The notes beneath the pieces are model-generated. The model made no database searches. It had not been told where the DNA came from and saw only the letters and a program-made list of their open reading frames with translations. Shown one piece after another: positions 33,629 through 44,200 of a DNA stretch of 64,000 bases; position 1 is the first letter of the stretch, and each line of letters opens with the position of its first letter. The position numbers and the translations under genes are program-made. The stretch is from Mycobacterium phage prophiT36-1: sequence record OQ417966.1, one strand, 5' to 3'.

Positions 33629-35413
33629 GTGAAGTTCGACAAGCTGCCCGATCCGCTGCCCGCCACCGTCGCCGAGCTCAACGAGCTGGCTGCCACTGTG
33701 ACAGCGGAGATCCGGGTATTCCAGGCCCGCGCCGCCGCCAACGACGAGTTCAGCGCTGAGGAGACTGAGCGTTTCGAGTACTTGCTCGACAGCCGCGACA
33801 AGGTTGTGACCGAGCGCGATTCGATCGCCGCCGCCGATCAGGCACAGACCGAGAACCTCAACGCCCTACTCGACCGCGCGAATGCCGCGACCGAGAAGCC
33901 CGCGGCCGAGCCAGAGGCCGACACCGTGACAGACAGCGAGGCAGCCCCCGCAGACGGTGACGGTGGTGCTGAAGCGGAAGTGGTGGCAGAGGCCGAAGCC
34001 GCCACCGCGGCAGCTGCCGCGGAATCGGAAACCGTCACCGCTGCCGCAGGTTCGGGCCGTCAGGTCGAGTTCGCAGGCGCGGTCCGCAACAGTGAGATCC
34101 CTTCCGGTACCCCCGGCGGTGAGACGCCCAAGGGCTGGGACATGCTGCAGTCGGCGCCGAAGTACGCCGAGTTCGGCACCGAGAAGGTCGGTTTCGCCGA
34201 GATTGCTCAGTCGATTGCCTCTGTAAGTGCAGGGTCCGTCTCGGGCCGTCAGCGCACCGGCACGAGCCCTGACGGCAACTACGCGACCCAGGCGATCGCC
34301 CGCCTGACGCGGCCGGCTCCGGAGATTCCGGCGCCTGCCAATGAGCATGAGGCGCTCGCGGTTCTGGATGCCATCGGCCGCGACATCCCGGGTCACGGCC
34401 CGGCGAACGCGAAGGGCTTGGTCGCTGCTGGTGGTTGGTGCGCCCCGTCGCAGCAGGTCTACACGTTCTGCGGTGTGCCCGAGGCGTCGAATCTGCTGTC
34501 GCTGCCGGACTTCCCGTTCGACTTCTCTCGCGGCGGTGTTCGCGTCCCGATCAGCCCCGATGTGTCGGCGCTGCTGGACAATCTGTGGCACTTCACCGAA
34601 GCCGAGCTCGAGGCTGTCAATGCCCAGGGCGATCCGACCGCGGTCAAGAAGCTCATCGAGTTGCCGTGCCCGGACGAGTTTCTCGAGTGGCGCCTGGAGG
34701 CGATCGGTTGGGCGGCCAAGGCCGGCATCTTGATGCGCCAAGCCTGGCCCGAGGCGATCGAGAACGCATTGCAGCAGATCCAGGTTGCCCACCAGCACCG
34801 TGTCTCGCAGATCTCTATCGGCAAGATGGTCGCTGGGTCGGGCACTCCGATAGCGGTTCCTGCCGGGGCGGTGCTGGGAGCAACTAGTGGCGTTCTCAAC
34901 GGTCTGGCGCTGCAGGCGTCGAACCTTCGGTACAACAAGGGGCTCGCGGACAACGCCACTATCGAAGGCGTTGCGCCGGTGTGGTTCCGTGAGGTGCTGC
35001 GAGCCGACCTTGCGCTGCGTGAGGGCAAGGAATTCCTGGCCGTCACCAACGCGGAGATCGACAACTGGCTGGCGGTCCGCGACATCTACCTGCAGTACGT
35101 GGTGGATTGGCAGACCCGCGGCGCGGGCCAGCCCGGCAACATGGCCACGGTGGTGTACCCGGCCACGGTTGACGTGATGCTGTATCCGGCCGGCACCTGG
35201 TTCCGAACCATGAACAACGTCATCACCTTGGGTGTGCAGTACCCGCTGCAGCAGTTGCAGCTCAACCAGTACACCCACGTGTTCACCGAGGACTCGCTGC
35301 AGGTGGGCAAGCGTTGCGACCAGTCGATCATCGTGCGGCTGCCGATCTGCGTGTCCGGTGCTATCGGCGCTCGTCAGACCGTGGCGTGCAACACGCCGCC
35401 TGCGACCCCGTAG
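33629..35413 (+). CDS. Major capsid protein with N-terminal scaffold-like Ala/Glu-rich domain
   Basis: Position after the protease; N-terminal about 150 aa coiled-coil, acidic; strong hairpin just downstream. Confidence 0.6.
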   Translation: MKFDKLPDPLPATVAELNELAATVTAEIRVFQARAAANDEFSAEETERFEYLLDSRDKVVTERDSIAAADQAQTENLNALLDRANAATEKPAAEPEADTVTDSEAAPADGDGGAEAEVVAEAEAATAAAAAESETVTAAAGSGRQVEFAGAVRNSEIPSGTPGGETPKGWDMLQSAPKYAEFGTEKVGFAEIAQSIASVSAGSVSGRQRTGTSPDGNYATQAIARLTRPAPEIPAPANEHEALAVLDAIGRDIPGHGPANAKGLVAAGGWCAPSQQVYTFCGVPEASNLLSLPDFPFDFSRGGVRVPISPDVSALLDNLWHFTEAELEAVNAQGDPTAVKKLIELPCPDEFLEWRLEAIGWAAKAGILMRQAWPEAIENALQQIQVAHQHRVSQISIGKMVAGSGTPIAVPAGAVLGATSGVLNGLALQASNLRYNKGLADNATIEGVAPVWFREVLRADLALREGKEFLAVTNAEIDNWLAVRDIYLQYVVDWQTRGAGQPGNMATVVYPATVDVMLYPAGTWFRTMNNVITLGVQYPLQQLQLNQYTHVFTEDSLQVGKRCDQSIIVRLPICVSGAIGARQTVACNTPPATP

Positions 35414-35440
35414 CGGACCCCGGCGAATCGCATTGGACGA

Positions 35441-35487
35441 GGCGGGCGGACGTGAACAACCGAGGCATTCACGTCCGCCCGCCTTCC
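35441..35487 (+). terminator. Stem-loop (16-bp perfect stem GGCGGGCGGACGTGAA / TTCACGTCCGCCCGCC) after the capsid gene
   Basis: Read directly. Confidence 0.55.
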
Positions 35488-35509
35488 CGGCAGAGAGGAA
35501 TCGCGCCAC

Positions 35510-36283
35510 ATGACCGCAGCACTATCCCCGGTGCAGTTTGACGCACCGTTGGTCAACCCAGCACCCAACGGGCTCGTCGCTGCCACCCAATGGGTCGACG
35601 AGAGCGGACCGCTGCGCTGGCTGCCGTCTGGTGTCGAGTTCCGGGTCTTCAACTACGGCGGCGGCACCCAGTTCGGCGTCTGGAGCGCACCATGGAACGC
35701 CACCGAGTCTGAGCTCAAACCCGCCGACGTCAAAAAGGGTGAGCGTCCTGCCTTCCCAGATGCCTTCATTGCGCAGACCACGTACTCATCTGACGACTGC
35801 AGTCTGCTCAAGCGGAGCCGCGATGAGATCCGGGTCCGGGCACAGCAAGTACACCGCGTGCTGGAGCCTATCCAGACGGAGAAGACGCTCGCGGCCCGCA
35901 TGCTGCTCGATGCCGGGACGCCTGCGGCTAAGACGGGAATCGTGGCAGCTATCGGCGCCATCGAGGGGCTGATCGCGGACACCGGCACAGTCGGGGTCAT
36001 TCACGCGTCGGCGGAGTTGGCCGCCCCTGCCGCACAGGCGAATCTGATCCGCTACAACAACGGCCGGCTGGTTTCACCGCTGGGTAACACCTGGGTGTTC
36101 GGCGGCGGCTACGTCTCGGCGCTGGGCTCCAAGCTGATCGCCACCAGCCCCACCTACGGATGGCGCGGACCAGTGGAGCTGCGCGATGCGCCGAGCCTGC
36201 AGCACAACGAATTCAAGGCCATCGCCGAGCGGTCGCTGGTCGTCGGATATGAGGCGCTGATCGGCGCCGTGAACATCACGTAG
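35510..36283 (+). CDS. virion structural protein (hypothetical; capsid-associated or connector)
   Basis: Position in the head-tail connector block. Confidence 0.45.
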   Translation: MTAALSPVQFDAPLVNPAPNGLVAATQWVDESGPLRWLPSGVEFRVFNYGGGTQFGVWSAPWNATESELKPADVKKGERPAFPDAFIAQTTYSSDDCSLLKRSRDEIRVRAQQVHRVLEPIQTEKTLAARMLLDAGTPAAKTGIVAAIGAIEGLIADTGTVGVIHASAELAAPAAQANLIRYNNGRLVSPLGNTWVFGGGYVSALGSKLIATSPTYGWRGPVELRDAPSLQHNEFKAIAERSLVVGYEALIGAVNIT

Positions 36284-36297
36284 AAGGGTTGGACGTT

Positions 36298-36834
36298 ATG
36301 CCTGCTGGTGTGGAGGTTGTGGTCAAGGAGGGCTTCGCCACCATCGATTTCGTCGACGGGACGCTGCGCGGCCCCGGATTGGCCAAGCTGCTGGAAGTCG
36401 GCACACCGCCCGAGGCCATCGAGAAACTGACCCGCGAGGGTCCGCGCGCTGTCTACGTAGTGCCAGAAGGCAATGCCCGCGAGGCCGGACTGCTCGACGA
36501 AGTGGACGCCGATGACTCCAACGATGGACCACCGCCAGCAGCAATGACCGACGCGACCACGGGCGACGACGGCTCGGGCGCGGCGTTGCCGCTCGCTGAA
36601 CCGGTTTCGACCGACGCCGAAGGTACAGCCATCGGCGACCCCACCCAGGAGCCGCTTCCTACAGGTGATTTCGCGCCGAAGGCTTGGCCAGAGGGCGATC
36701 CTGAGTTGGACTGGAAGCGGCCGCAGCTCGATGCCTATGCCGCGTCCAAGGGGCTGGACACCAAGGAGCTGCCCAACAAGGAAGCAGTGTTCGCGGCCAT
36801 CGCTAAGCACGCTTCAGAGGCGATGAACTCGTGA
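36298..36834 (+). CDS. head-tail connector region protein (hypothetical)
   Basis: Position only; acidic central region. Confidence 0.4.
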   Translation: MPAGVEVVVKEGFATIDFVDGTLRGPGLAKLLEVGTPPEAIEKLTREGPRAVYVVPEGNAREAGLLDEVDADDSNDGPPPAAMTDATTGDDGSGAALPLAEPVSTDAEGTAIGDPTQEPLPTGDFAPKAWPEGDPELDWKRPQLDAYAASKGLDTKELPNKEAVFAAIAKHASEAMNS

Positions 36835-37094
36835 GCGATCTGTTTACCCGGGAGTTCTGGAAGGACGCGGTGGAGCGCACCGTGAGTTCTGCGGCACAAG
36901 GGTTCCTTGTAGGTGGCGGTCTCGGTGTTGGTGCCGAAGCTACGCAATCTGTTGACGCCCGGTACTTTCCGTGGCTTGCCGCGGCCAGCGTCGCGGGCGG
37001 TATGGCAGCGGCGAGCTTCGCCAAGTGCCTGGCCGCAGTGCATGTCGGCGAGCGTGGGACTGCCTCACTACATCGGCGAAGGTCACTCGAGTGA
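36831..37094 (+). CDS. hypothetical protein (connector block)
   Basis: GTGA coupling. Confidence 0.4.
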   Translation: MSDLFTREFWKDAVERTVSSAAQGFLVGGGLGVGAEATQSVDARYFPWLAAASVAGGMAAASFAKCLAAVHVGERGTASLHRRRSLE

Positions 37095-37342
37095 GCCCAG
37101 ACCAGATCCAGGCCATTGGCGGAGTCATCGTCGCCATCCTGACCGCCTGGCAGGGGCTGACCACGCGACGCGTCCGGAATCTCGAAACCCATGTGAAGGC
37201 CGTCGAAACCGAACGAGACAAGCTCAGCTCCAAACTGCGCGTTGCTGTCCGTTATATCCGTGAGTGGATGGAGTGGGCGCGCCAACACGCGCCCGGCAAG
37301 CCAACTCCGGCGGTCCCGGCCGAATTACGCGAAGAGATCTGA
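37091..37342 (+). CDS. small protein with one TM helix and coiled-coil
   Basis: GTGA coupling; IGGVIVAILTAWQGL. Confidence 0.4.
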   Translation: MSPDQIQAIGGVIVAILTAWQGLTTRRVRNLETHVKAVETERDKLSSKLRVAVRYIREWMEWARQHAPGKPTPAVPAELREEI

Positions 37343-37429
37343 TGCACCCCGCCCTTTTACTGTTCGCCGCAGCCTCGGAAAACGTAATGGACCGGCGCGA
37401 AGCGCCTGATAGCAGGAGGAAGCCAGCAC

Positions 37430-38488
37430 ATGGCATTCGCAGTCGTTAAGGGCTATGCGCTCCGCGTGACCAAGGTGGATTCGTGCGGTCTGCCCATCCA
37501 GGGCAACGCCAACCGCATCGTCACCGAGGGATTCATTCGGGTCAACCTGGATCCGAATATGAAGGAAGCCAACGAGATCACCCAAGAGACCGCCGCGGGC
37601 AAGGAGTGTATCAGTGATCGCACCCCGGCCGAACGCCGTTGGTGGAACACCGAACTGCAGCTGTGCGGCGTTGACCCCGACCTGTGGTCGCTGATCCTCG
37701 GCTGGGCGCGGGTGCTCGACCATGAGGGCAACCCGATCGGCGTGATCGACAGCAAGTCCGTCGATGACAAGTCGGGCGTCATGTTCGAGATCTGGACTGG
37801 CGGCCAGGGCGACGACGACTGCCCCGAGCCGCTGGATGACTCGATCTTCTCCGCGGCGGCATCCGGACGCCAATACGGCTATCTCGCTTTTGCGGGCAAT
37901 GAGTTCGTCTCGGGCGCAATCCCTGTTGGCGCCGAAGCGTCGAACTTCACCTTGACGGGTCGCACGATCGCGCCCAAGCGCTGGGGACGGGGCCCGTATA
38001 ACGTGGCCGCGATCGACCCCGCCGGCACACCGGGGCGTCTGCTGGTTCCCATGTACAGCAAGGACTCGGACAACCACCTGATCCTGTTCCGGACCCCGGT
38101 GCCGCCGCCGGCGCCCACCGAGGGTGCGTGCGAGCTGGCGGTGCAGTCGATCTTTACCGGTCCGGGTAAGGCGTACTTCGGTGTGGACGCCGCTGATGTG
38201 GCTCCGCCGCAGCCGATCTGCAAGGCCAAGACGTACACCGTCGCGGTTACCGGCACCGGGAACTGGAAGGCCAAGGTCGGCACTGAGCCGACCGCCGACA
38301 TCGCGGCCACCGCGCTGCCCGCGGCGGTGCAGTCGGCGATCGAGGCGCTGCCCAACGTCGAGGTGGGCCAGGTCCAGGTGTCCGGTACGGCAGGCAGCTA
38401 CACCGTGAAGCTCGACCCGGCTCTGGGGGCGCTTAGCGCCGACAGCACGGGCCTGACTGGCGGTGCCGCCACCGTCACACCGGCGTAG
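37430..38488 (+). CDS. Major tail subunit-like protein with C-terminal Ig-like domain
   Basis: 352-aa abundant-protein-like ORF; C-terminal Ig-like repeat region (TYTVAVTGTGNWKAKV...SYTVKLDPALG); strong hairpin immediately downstream. Confidence 0.5.
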   Translation: MAFAVVKGYALRVTKVDSCGLPIQGNANRIVTEGFIRVNLDPNMKEANEITQETAAGKECISDRTPAERRWWNTELQLCGVDPDLWSLILGWARVLDHEGNPIGVIDSKSVDDKSGVMFEIWTGGQGDDDCPEPLDDSIFSAAASGRQYGYLAFAGNEFVSGAIPVGAEASNFTLTGRTIAPKRWGRGPYNVAAIDPAGTPGRLLVPMYSKDSDNHLILFRTPVPPPAPTEGACELAVQSIFTGPGKAYFGVDAADVAPPQPICKAKTYTVAVTGTGNWKAKVGTEPTADIAATALPAAVQSAIEALPNVEVGQVQVSGTAGSYTVKLDPALGALSADSTGLTGGAATVTPA

Positions 38489-38502
38489 GGGAGCAGGCGA
38501 GC

Positions 38503-38537
38503 GAAACGCCCGGGGTGTCACGGCCCCCGGGCGTTTC
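38503..38537 (+). terminator. Stem-loop GAAACGCCCGGGG...CCCCGGGCGTTTC (13-bp perfect stem)
   Basis: Read directly after gene 37430-38488. Confidence 0.55.
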
Positions 38538-38566
38538 GTCATGTGTAAGCACCCCCGACTCCTACC

Positions 38567-39319
38567 GTGTGCCCCATGTCCTGCGATTGGCCGATCGATC
38601 GGAGCTGTCTGCCGCCGCTGCCCGAACTCGGCACCAGCCCGACCGCGGAGGAACAAGCGGCCCACAACCTGGAACTGATGCGGCGCAGCAACGCCGAAGA
38701 CATTGCCGTGCACGTGCTGTGGGCGCTGTCCGGCCGCCAGTTCGGCGCCTGCCCGACCACAGCGCGGCCCTGTCGCTCCTACGCGCAGGGATTCGGATAC
38801 AGCTCGACCGTTCTGACACTCGATGCCGGCCAATGGGTGAACTGGCCGTGTGGCTGTATCGGGGGCTGCTCGGTCACGGGCCCGCGGGTAGTGCATCTGC
38901 CGGGCCCGGTCGCGTCGATCACCGACGTGCGGATCGACGGCGCGGTGCTCGATGACTCCGGTTACCAGCTGGAGGGAAACGCCCTGTACCGCAAGGACGG
39001 TGCATGGCCTAGCCAAGATCTCGGCAGGCCGCTCGGGGAGCCCGGAACCTGGTCGGTAACCTACGCACGCGGCAACCCCGTACCAGCTGGCGTCGACAAA
39101 CTGGTAGGCCAACTGGCCCGCGAATTTGTTGCCGCCTGCGATGACGAAGACACATGCCGCCTGCCGCGCACCGTGGTGGCCACCACCCGCCGCGGTGTGA
39201 GCCACGAATTCGATCCGACAAAGATCCTCGCCGCAGGCAAGACGGGGCTAAGCGAGGTGGACCTGTGGCTGTCCGCGGTCAATCCGCATCGACTCCAGCA
39301 GGCACCGGAGGTGCTGTGA
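38567..39319 (+). CDS. virion structural protein (hypothetical), Cys-rich N-terminus
   Basis: Position in the tail assembly block. Confidence 0.4.
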   Translation: MCPMSCDWPIDRSCLPPLPELGTSPTAEEQAAHNLELMRRSNAEDIAVHVLWALSGRQFGACPTTARPCRSYAQGFGYSSTVLTLDAGQWVNWPCGCIGGCSVTGPRVVHLPGPVASITDVRIDGAVLDDSGYQLEGNALYRKDGAWPSQDLGRPLGEPGTWSVTYARGNPVPAGVDKLVGQLAREFVAACDDEDTCRLPRTVVATTRRGVSHEFDPTKILAAGKTGLSEVDLWLSAVNPHRLQQAPEVL

Positions 39320-39858
39320 ATCCCCACGATCCAGCCTCCGACATCGTCAACGAGTTCATCAACGCGATGAAAAAGGCCTTCAACCCGGCAGATTCGGTCC
39401 AACCGCCGCTCGGTGGCGGCTCCAAGGATGTGCGGTTCTTCGCCGGCGACGGGCCGCTGCCGCTGTCCGTTTGGGATCCCGAGCACGGACCGGCAACGGG
39501 CTGCAAAGAGCCGCTGCTCTGGGTGCGGGTGGATCGCCGATACCGCAGCCGGCGCAGTGATTTTCCCGCTGCCTACGTTGCCGCCCGGGATTGCAAGACC
39601 GCAGATGTGGTGCGGGCACTGGCGGTCGAGATCGGTATCGCACGGTGCGCGGACATGTCAGCCAAACCGAAGTGGCCGGTGCTCGAATCGGAGGCCGAGA
39701 TCAGCCTGGATGACTCGTTCCGGATCGAAACGGCGTTGTGTCTGGCGGCCACCGCGCTGACGAAGCCCGATCGTGCAGTAGCCACCGATACCATCGCGCC
39801 GCAAGGGCCCGAGGGCGGGCTGATCGCGTGGACCGGTATGGCCTACGTGTCGCTATGA
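39316..39858 (+). CDS. hypothetical structural protein
   Basis: GTG overlap coupling. Confidence 0.4.
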   Translation: MNPHDPASDIVNEFINAMKKAFNPADSVQPPLGGGSKDVRFFAGDGPLPLSVWDPEHGPATGCKEPLLWVRVDRRYRSRRSDFPAAYVAARDCKTADVVRALAVEIGIARCADMSAKPKWPVLESEAEISLDDSFRIETALCLAATALTKPDRAVATDTIAPQGPEGGLIAWTGMAYVSL

Positions 39859-39871
39859 GAGAGGGTGCGCT

Positions 39872-40219
39872 GTGGGGCATTACGTCACGATCGAGGGAAG
39901 CCTGACACCGACCACGGTTCTGGCGCGGGGTGTGCGCAAGACAGTGGCCGTCACCGACGAGGTCCGCAAGCTGGTGCAGATCGGTGGCGCCGTCGTGGTG
40001 GACGGCAGCCTCGACGAACCTGAAGCCCCCAGCGGCGAGGCCAGCAGCGAAAGCACCGCGCAAGCCGAAACAGCGGAGGAGACCGAGCCGGATTCCGCTG
40101 CCGACAGCCCGCACACCGAGGCCGACACGGAGACCTCGGCCAAGCGTGTCCGCGGCGCACGCCGGTCGCCGACCGCCGACTCGGACGCACCGCAGACGCA
40201 GCCCGATGGCGCGAGTTAG
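39872..40219 (+). CDS. hypothetical acidic protein
   Basis: ORF in array. Confidence 0.35.
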   Translation: MGHYVTIEGSLTPTTVLARGVRKTVAVTDEVRKLVQIGGAVVVDGSLDEPEAPSGEASSESTAQAETAEETEPDSAADSPHTEADTETSAKRVRGARRSPTADSDAPQTQPDGAS

Positions 40220-40610
40220 AGGGCGCTTCGAGCTTCACGAACGAGAGCTCAACGACCAGACCCGGTCTTTCGGCCGGCGCCGGATGGCGTCCCTGCAGCG
40301 CCGTATCGCCAACCAGGCACGCGTCGACGCCCCCGTTCGCACCGGCAACCTCGGCCGCCAGGTCAACGAGGGACACATCGGTTTCACCGGCCCCCGAACG
40401 ATTTCCGGCAGCGTCGGCAACAACGCCCGCTACGCGCTATACGTCCACGAGGGCTCGCGGCCTCACCTCATCCGGCCACGCAACGCCAAAGCGCTGCGGT
40501 TCCAGATAGGCGGGCGCACGGTGTTCGCAAAGCTGGTGCACCACCCGGGAACGAAGGCGCGACCATTTCTGCGCAACGCCGGAATGCGAGTGGCATCGCG
40601 GGAACGCTGA
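40206..40610 (+). CDS. HK97 gp10-family tail component / head-tail joining protein
   Basis: RTGNLGRQVNEGHIGFTGPRTISGSVGNNARYALYVHEGSRPHLI resembles the Phage_HK97_gp10 family pattern. Confidence 0.5.
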   Translation: MARVRGRFELHERELNDQTRSFGRRRMASLQRRIANQARVDAPVRTGNLGRQVNEGHIGFTGPRTISGSVGNNARYALYVHEGSRPHLIRPRNAKALRFQIGGRTVFAKLVHHPGTKARPFLRNAGMRVASRER

Positions 40611-40669
40611 CCAACTATTCACTGCGAGTGAATCGTTCGGCTGCACCCCTGCTCGGCACGCTACGCGCC

Positions 40670-41176
40670 ATGACCACACCCGCCTCGGAACCTCTCCAGC
40701 CGTCCGCCCCTGCACCGGCCGAACCGGCAGCAGCCGGCGCCGTCGAACAAGATGTCATCGCGCCTAATACGCAGGTAGTCACTGAACCAGCTGCCCACGG
40801 TGATGCGCTGCCAGCGGTCCGGGCCAGTACCGAGATAGCGACGCCCAGCGGGTGGCCGCACGAGTTCCTGGAGTTTGGTGGCGACAAGCTCGAAATCCGG
40901 GTTCCCACACCACAGGCCATGTCGGCGCTATCGCTGGGAATGGGCAAGTACGTTCCGGCGAAGATGAAGAACGAGATCAGCGGCCTGTTCATCGCCCGGC
41001 ATCTGTCGGAAGGCACCTACGAGCACGTCTACTCGCGGTTGATGAACCCGGACGACACCGGATACAACGCCAACACCATCGGGGAGCTGATCGGCGCGCT
41101 GCTCAACGAAGGTGTCGAGCAATTCGAAAAGGTATCGAAGGCACCGGAAGCGGTGAACAGCGAGGCCGAGAAGTAG
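40670..41176 (+). CDS. tail assembly chaperone or small major-tail-like protein immediately upstream of TMP
   Basis: Position directly before the tape measure gene; no convincing -1 frameshift partner found. Confidence 0.4.
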   Translation: MTTPASEPLQPSAPAPAEPAAAGAVEQDVIAPNTQVVTEPAAHGDALPAVRASTEIATPSGWPHEFLEFGGDKLEIRVPTPQAMSALSLGMGKYVPAKMKNEISGLFIARHLSEGTYEHVYSRLMNPDDTGYNANTIGELIGALLNEGVEQFEKVSKAPEAVNSEAEK

Positions 41177-41201
41177 CACCCCACCTCGCTAGCTTGAGCC
41201 G

Positions 41202-44200
41202 GTGACCACGCCCGTCGGCTCGATTCGCCTTGATCTGTCGATCGACGGTTCGAACCTTGACGACGAGATCACTGCTGCTGTGCAAAAGCACATGGGGCCC
41301 GCCATGGCGAGGCTTCAAGCGCAGCTTGATCGAATCGAGCGTGAGTATGTCGAGGCCGCGCGTGCGGCTGAAAAGTCCTCCGCTAAGCAGACAGCGGCAG
41401 CCAGGGCCGTTGCCGAAGCGGTCGAGGACATCGGTGACGAGCACACCAAGTCGGCAGCCAAAGCGCGTGCTGGCGAGAGCGTTTCGACACGGTCGATCAA
41501 CGCGACCACCCGGGCCATCCAAAAGCAGACAGCAGCCTGGGAAGCGAACGCGGCGGCGCGGATCGCTGCGGCAGCTGCACCGACCCCGGCCGGACCACCG
41601 CCAGGCGGCGGTAGCCGAGGTGGGGGAGGCGGCGGCTCTGGCGGCGGTGTCAGATGGCATGGCGGCAGGGGAGGTTTCCTTTCCAGCCCCATGGGATTGA
41701 ATGCGATTTCACTCGGTGTCGGCAGCCTTCCGGCCGCGACCACGGCCGTTGTCAACCTCACCGGGGCACTGCAGCAGCTCGTCCAGGTCGGATTCGTTGT
41801 ACCTGGCGTCATCGGCGGCATGGTCTCGTCGATCGGCACCGCGGTGTTGGGGTTCCACGGCCTGTCCGACGCGGTGAAGGCATCGTGGGAGGCCGCGAAG
41901 TCGGGCGACCCGAAGGACATCAAGAAAGCTGCCGAGGCAATGCAGGGCCTTGCCCCGGCGGTCCAGGGCGTCGTCAAGGCCATAGTTTCCGCGCGCCCTC
42001 AGCTGGAGCATCTGCAGCGCGACATCGTGGCGCAGAACATGTTCGAAGGCGTCGATCAGAGCATCACCGAACTGACCGACAAATCGATACCCACCTTGGA
42101 GAAGGGCCTCGGCGGCATATCGAAGGCATGGAACGCCACGTTCAAGGAGCTGGGCCGCGTCGGCGGCCTGGACTCCTCGCAGTCAATCTTGGACAAGCTG
42201 TTCGGCAACACCGCCGACGCGCAGAACCGCGCCAACGCGGCGATCGAACCGCTGATCCACGGTTTCGGCACACTGACTGCCGAGGGCAGCGACTTCCTGC
42301 CGCGTATCGCCGACGGGTTGACCGCTGTCACAAAGCGATTCGACAACTGGATCACCCGGTCGGTGGAGAACGGCAACCTCGACAAATGGATCACCGAAGG
42401 CATCGAGGGTGCCGACCATCTGGGCAACACACTGCTGAACATCGGCAAGATCATCGCCTCGATCACCAAAGCCGCTGGCGGCGACGGCGGTCTGTTGTCC
42501 GCGCTCGACGGCGGGTCCGGCGCGCTGGCCGACTTCCTGGCATCGGACAAGGGCCAAGAGAAGCTGATCAAGTTCTTCACAGAGGGACGCGAGCAGATCA
42601 AGCAGTGGATGCCGATCCTGGGCAACGTCGCCTCGCTCCTTGGCGATGTTTACGACGGCATGAAGCAGTGGACCGCGGTGCTGCTGCCGATCCTCAAAAT
42701 GGTTACCGACCTTCTCAACTCGATGCCAGGCGGCATCTCCGGTGTCGTCACAGCATTCCTGGCGTGGAGAACGATCTCCGGCATTACCTCGGTTCTGTCC
42801 GGGGTAAACAGCATCGGGTCGGCCCTGGACGGTTTACCTGGGAAGGCAGGGACAGCGGCAGGGGGAATCAACAAGGCGCTGGCAGGTCTGGGCATCGGCG
42901 CGGCGGCATTCCAGATCGGCGGCGGCTTGATCAACTCGGATTCGGGGTTGGCGCAGGCCGGAGGGTTCGCCGCCAACATCGGTGGCGGTGCCCTGGCCGG
43001 TGGCCTGATGGGCGGTCCGTGGGGTGCTGCGCTCGGCGCCATGATTGGTGCCGGTGTGTCGTTGTTCGAGCTGTCTCGCAAGCGCCTGGAAGAAGGCAAA
43101 GCCGAGTGGGACAAGTCGTGGCAGGAGCACCATGACAACCCACCGCCGCCGGTTATCTCCCCCAGTGGCATCGACCTCAAGACGATGCTTCCGGTCGACC
43201 GTGGACCGTCGCTGTCGCAAGGCATGCTCGCGCAGATTCAGGCCGGGAAACTTCCGGGGTACAGCATCGGCCCGAACGGCGCGGTGATTGGTCCCGAGGG
43301 TCAACCACTGCCCGGCGTGAACCTGGGCGGCGTGACGCCGTACACCCCCTCGTTCCCGCTACCAACGCTACCGCCCCCTGCTCTGCCTCCACAGAAGCAA
43401 CCGACCACGTTCCTGCCGATACCCGGCGCGACGGGGCAAAACGTGCCCGCCCCGCAAGGAACTAACCTCGGTCAGTTGATCGGCGCCGGTGCGTTGCCCG
43501 AGGTACAGGCCAACGTCCAGAAGTTGGCATCGGACATCCAGGCACTGCCCGAGGGTGAGGTCAAGATCAAAGACCCGTCGCCCGAGGTGATGAAAAACCT
43601 TGAGTCCCTGGATGTCCAGATCACCAAGGTCTCGGAGAACGAGATCCAGGTCAAGGCCAACACCAGTGCGGCACAAGCCCAGGTCGAAGCGTTCATCCTC
43701 AAGTACAAGCAGCAGACGATCACCATGATGATCCAGGCGCAGGGAATGACTCCCGCGGTGCCGCCTGGCCGCGCCGACGGCGGCGTGCTGCCCGGTTGGT
43801 CTCCCGGTGTCGACAACATGCTGGTACCGATGTCCGGCGGCGAGGGCGTGCTCATCCCCGAGGCTGTGCGCGGCCTGGGTGGGGCTGCAGCCATTTACGC
43901 CATCAACAGCCGGTTCCGTAGCGGTCTGTCCCGCAGGGGATACGCCGACGGCGGCGTGGTCGGTGCGGTGGCAGGTATTCCTGGCGTGGATGACAACACC
44001 GAACTCGGAGTGCTGCGACAAATCCGGGACCTGTTGGCCGGCAAGGGCGGAGGTCCGCTGCCCGCGACCTCGGATGCCATCAAGTCCATCGCCTCCGACG
44101 GCGTCGCATCGGCCACTGGCAATTCGCCGGCACGGATGGGGCCATTCGGCACACCGATCAAGGCACGCAATCCCGGCTACGAGGCCGCCGCGGCGGCGAT

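Noticed and set aside
30860-39205. Long minus-strand ORFs opposite the MuF, capsid and major-tail genes (30860-31984, 33866-35509, 37325-39205)
   Set aside because: Antisense to well-supported structural genes, with low-complexity translations.
40852-41205. ORF in the -1 frame overlapping the 3' end of gene 40670-41176, considered as a tail-assembly-chaperone frameshift product
   Set aside because: It extends only 29 nt beyond the upstream stop and its translation is Arg-rich junk. No slippery-site plus meaningful extension is present.
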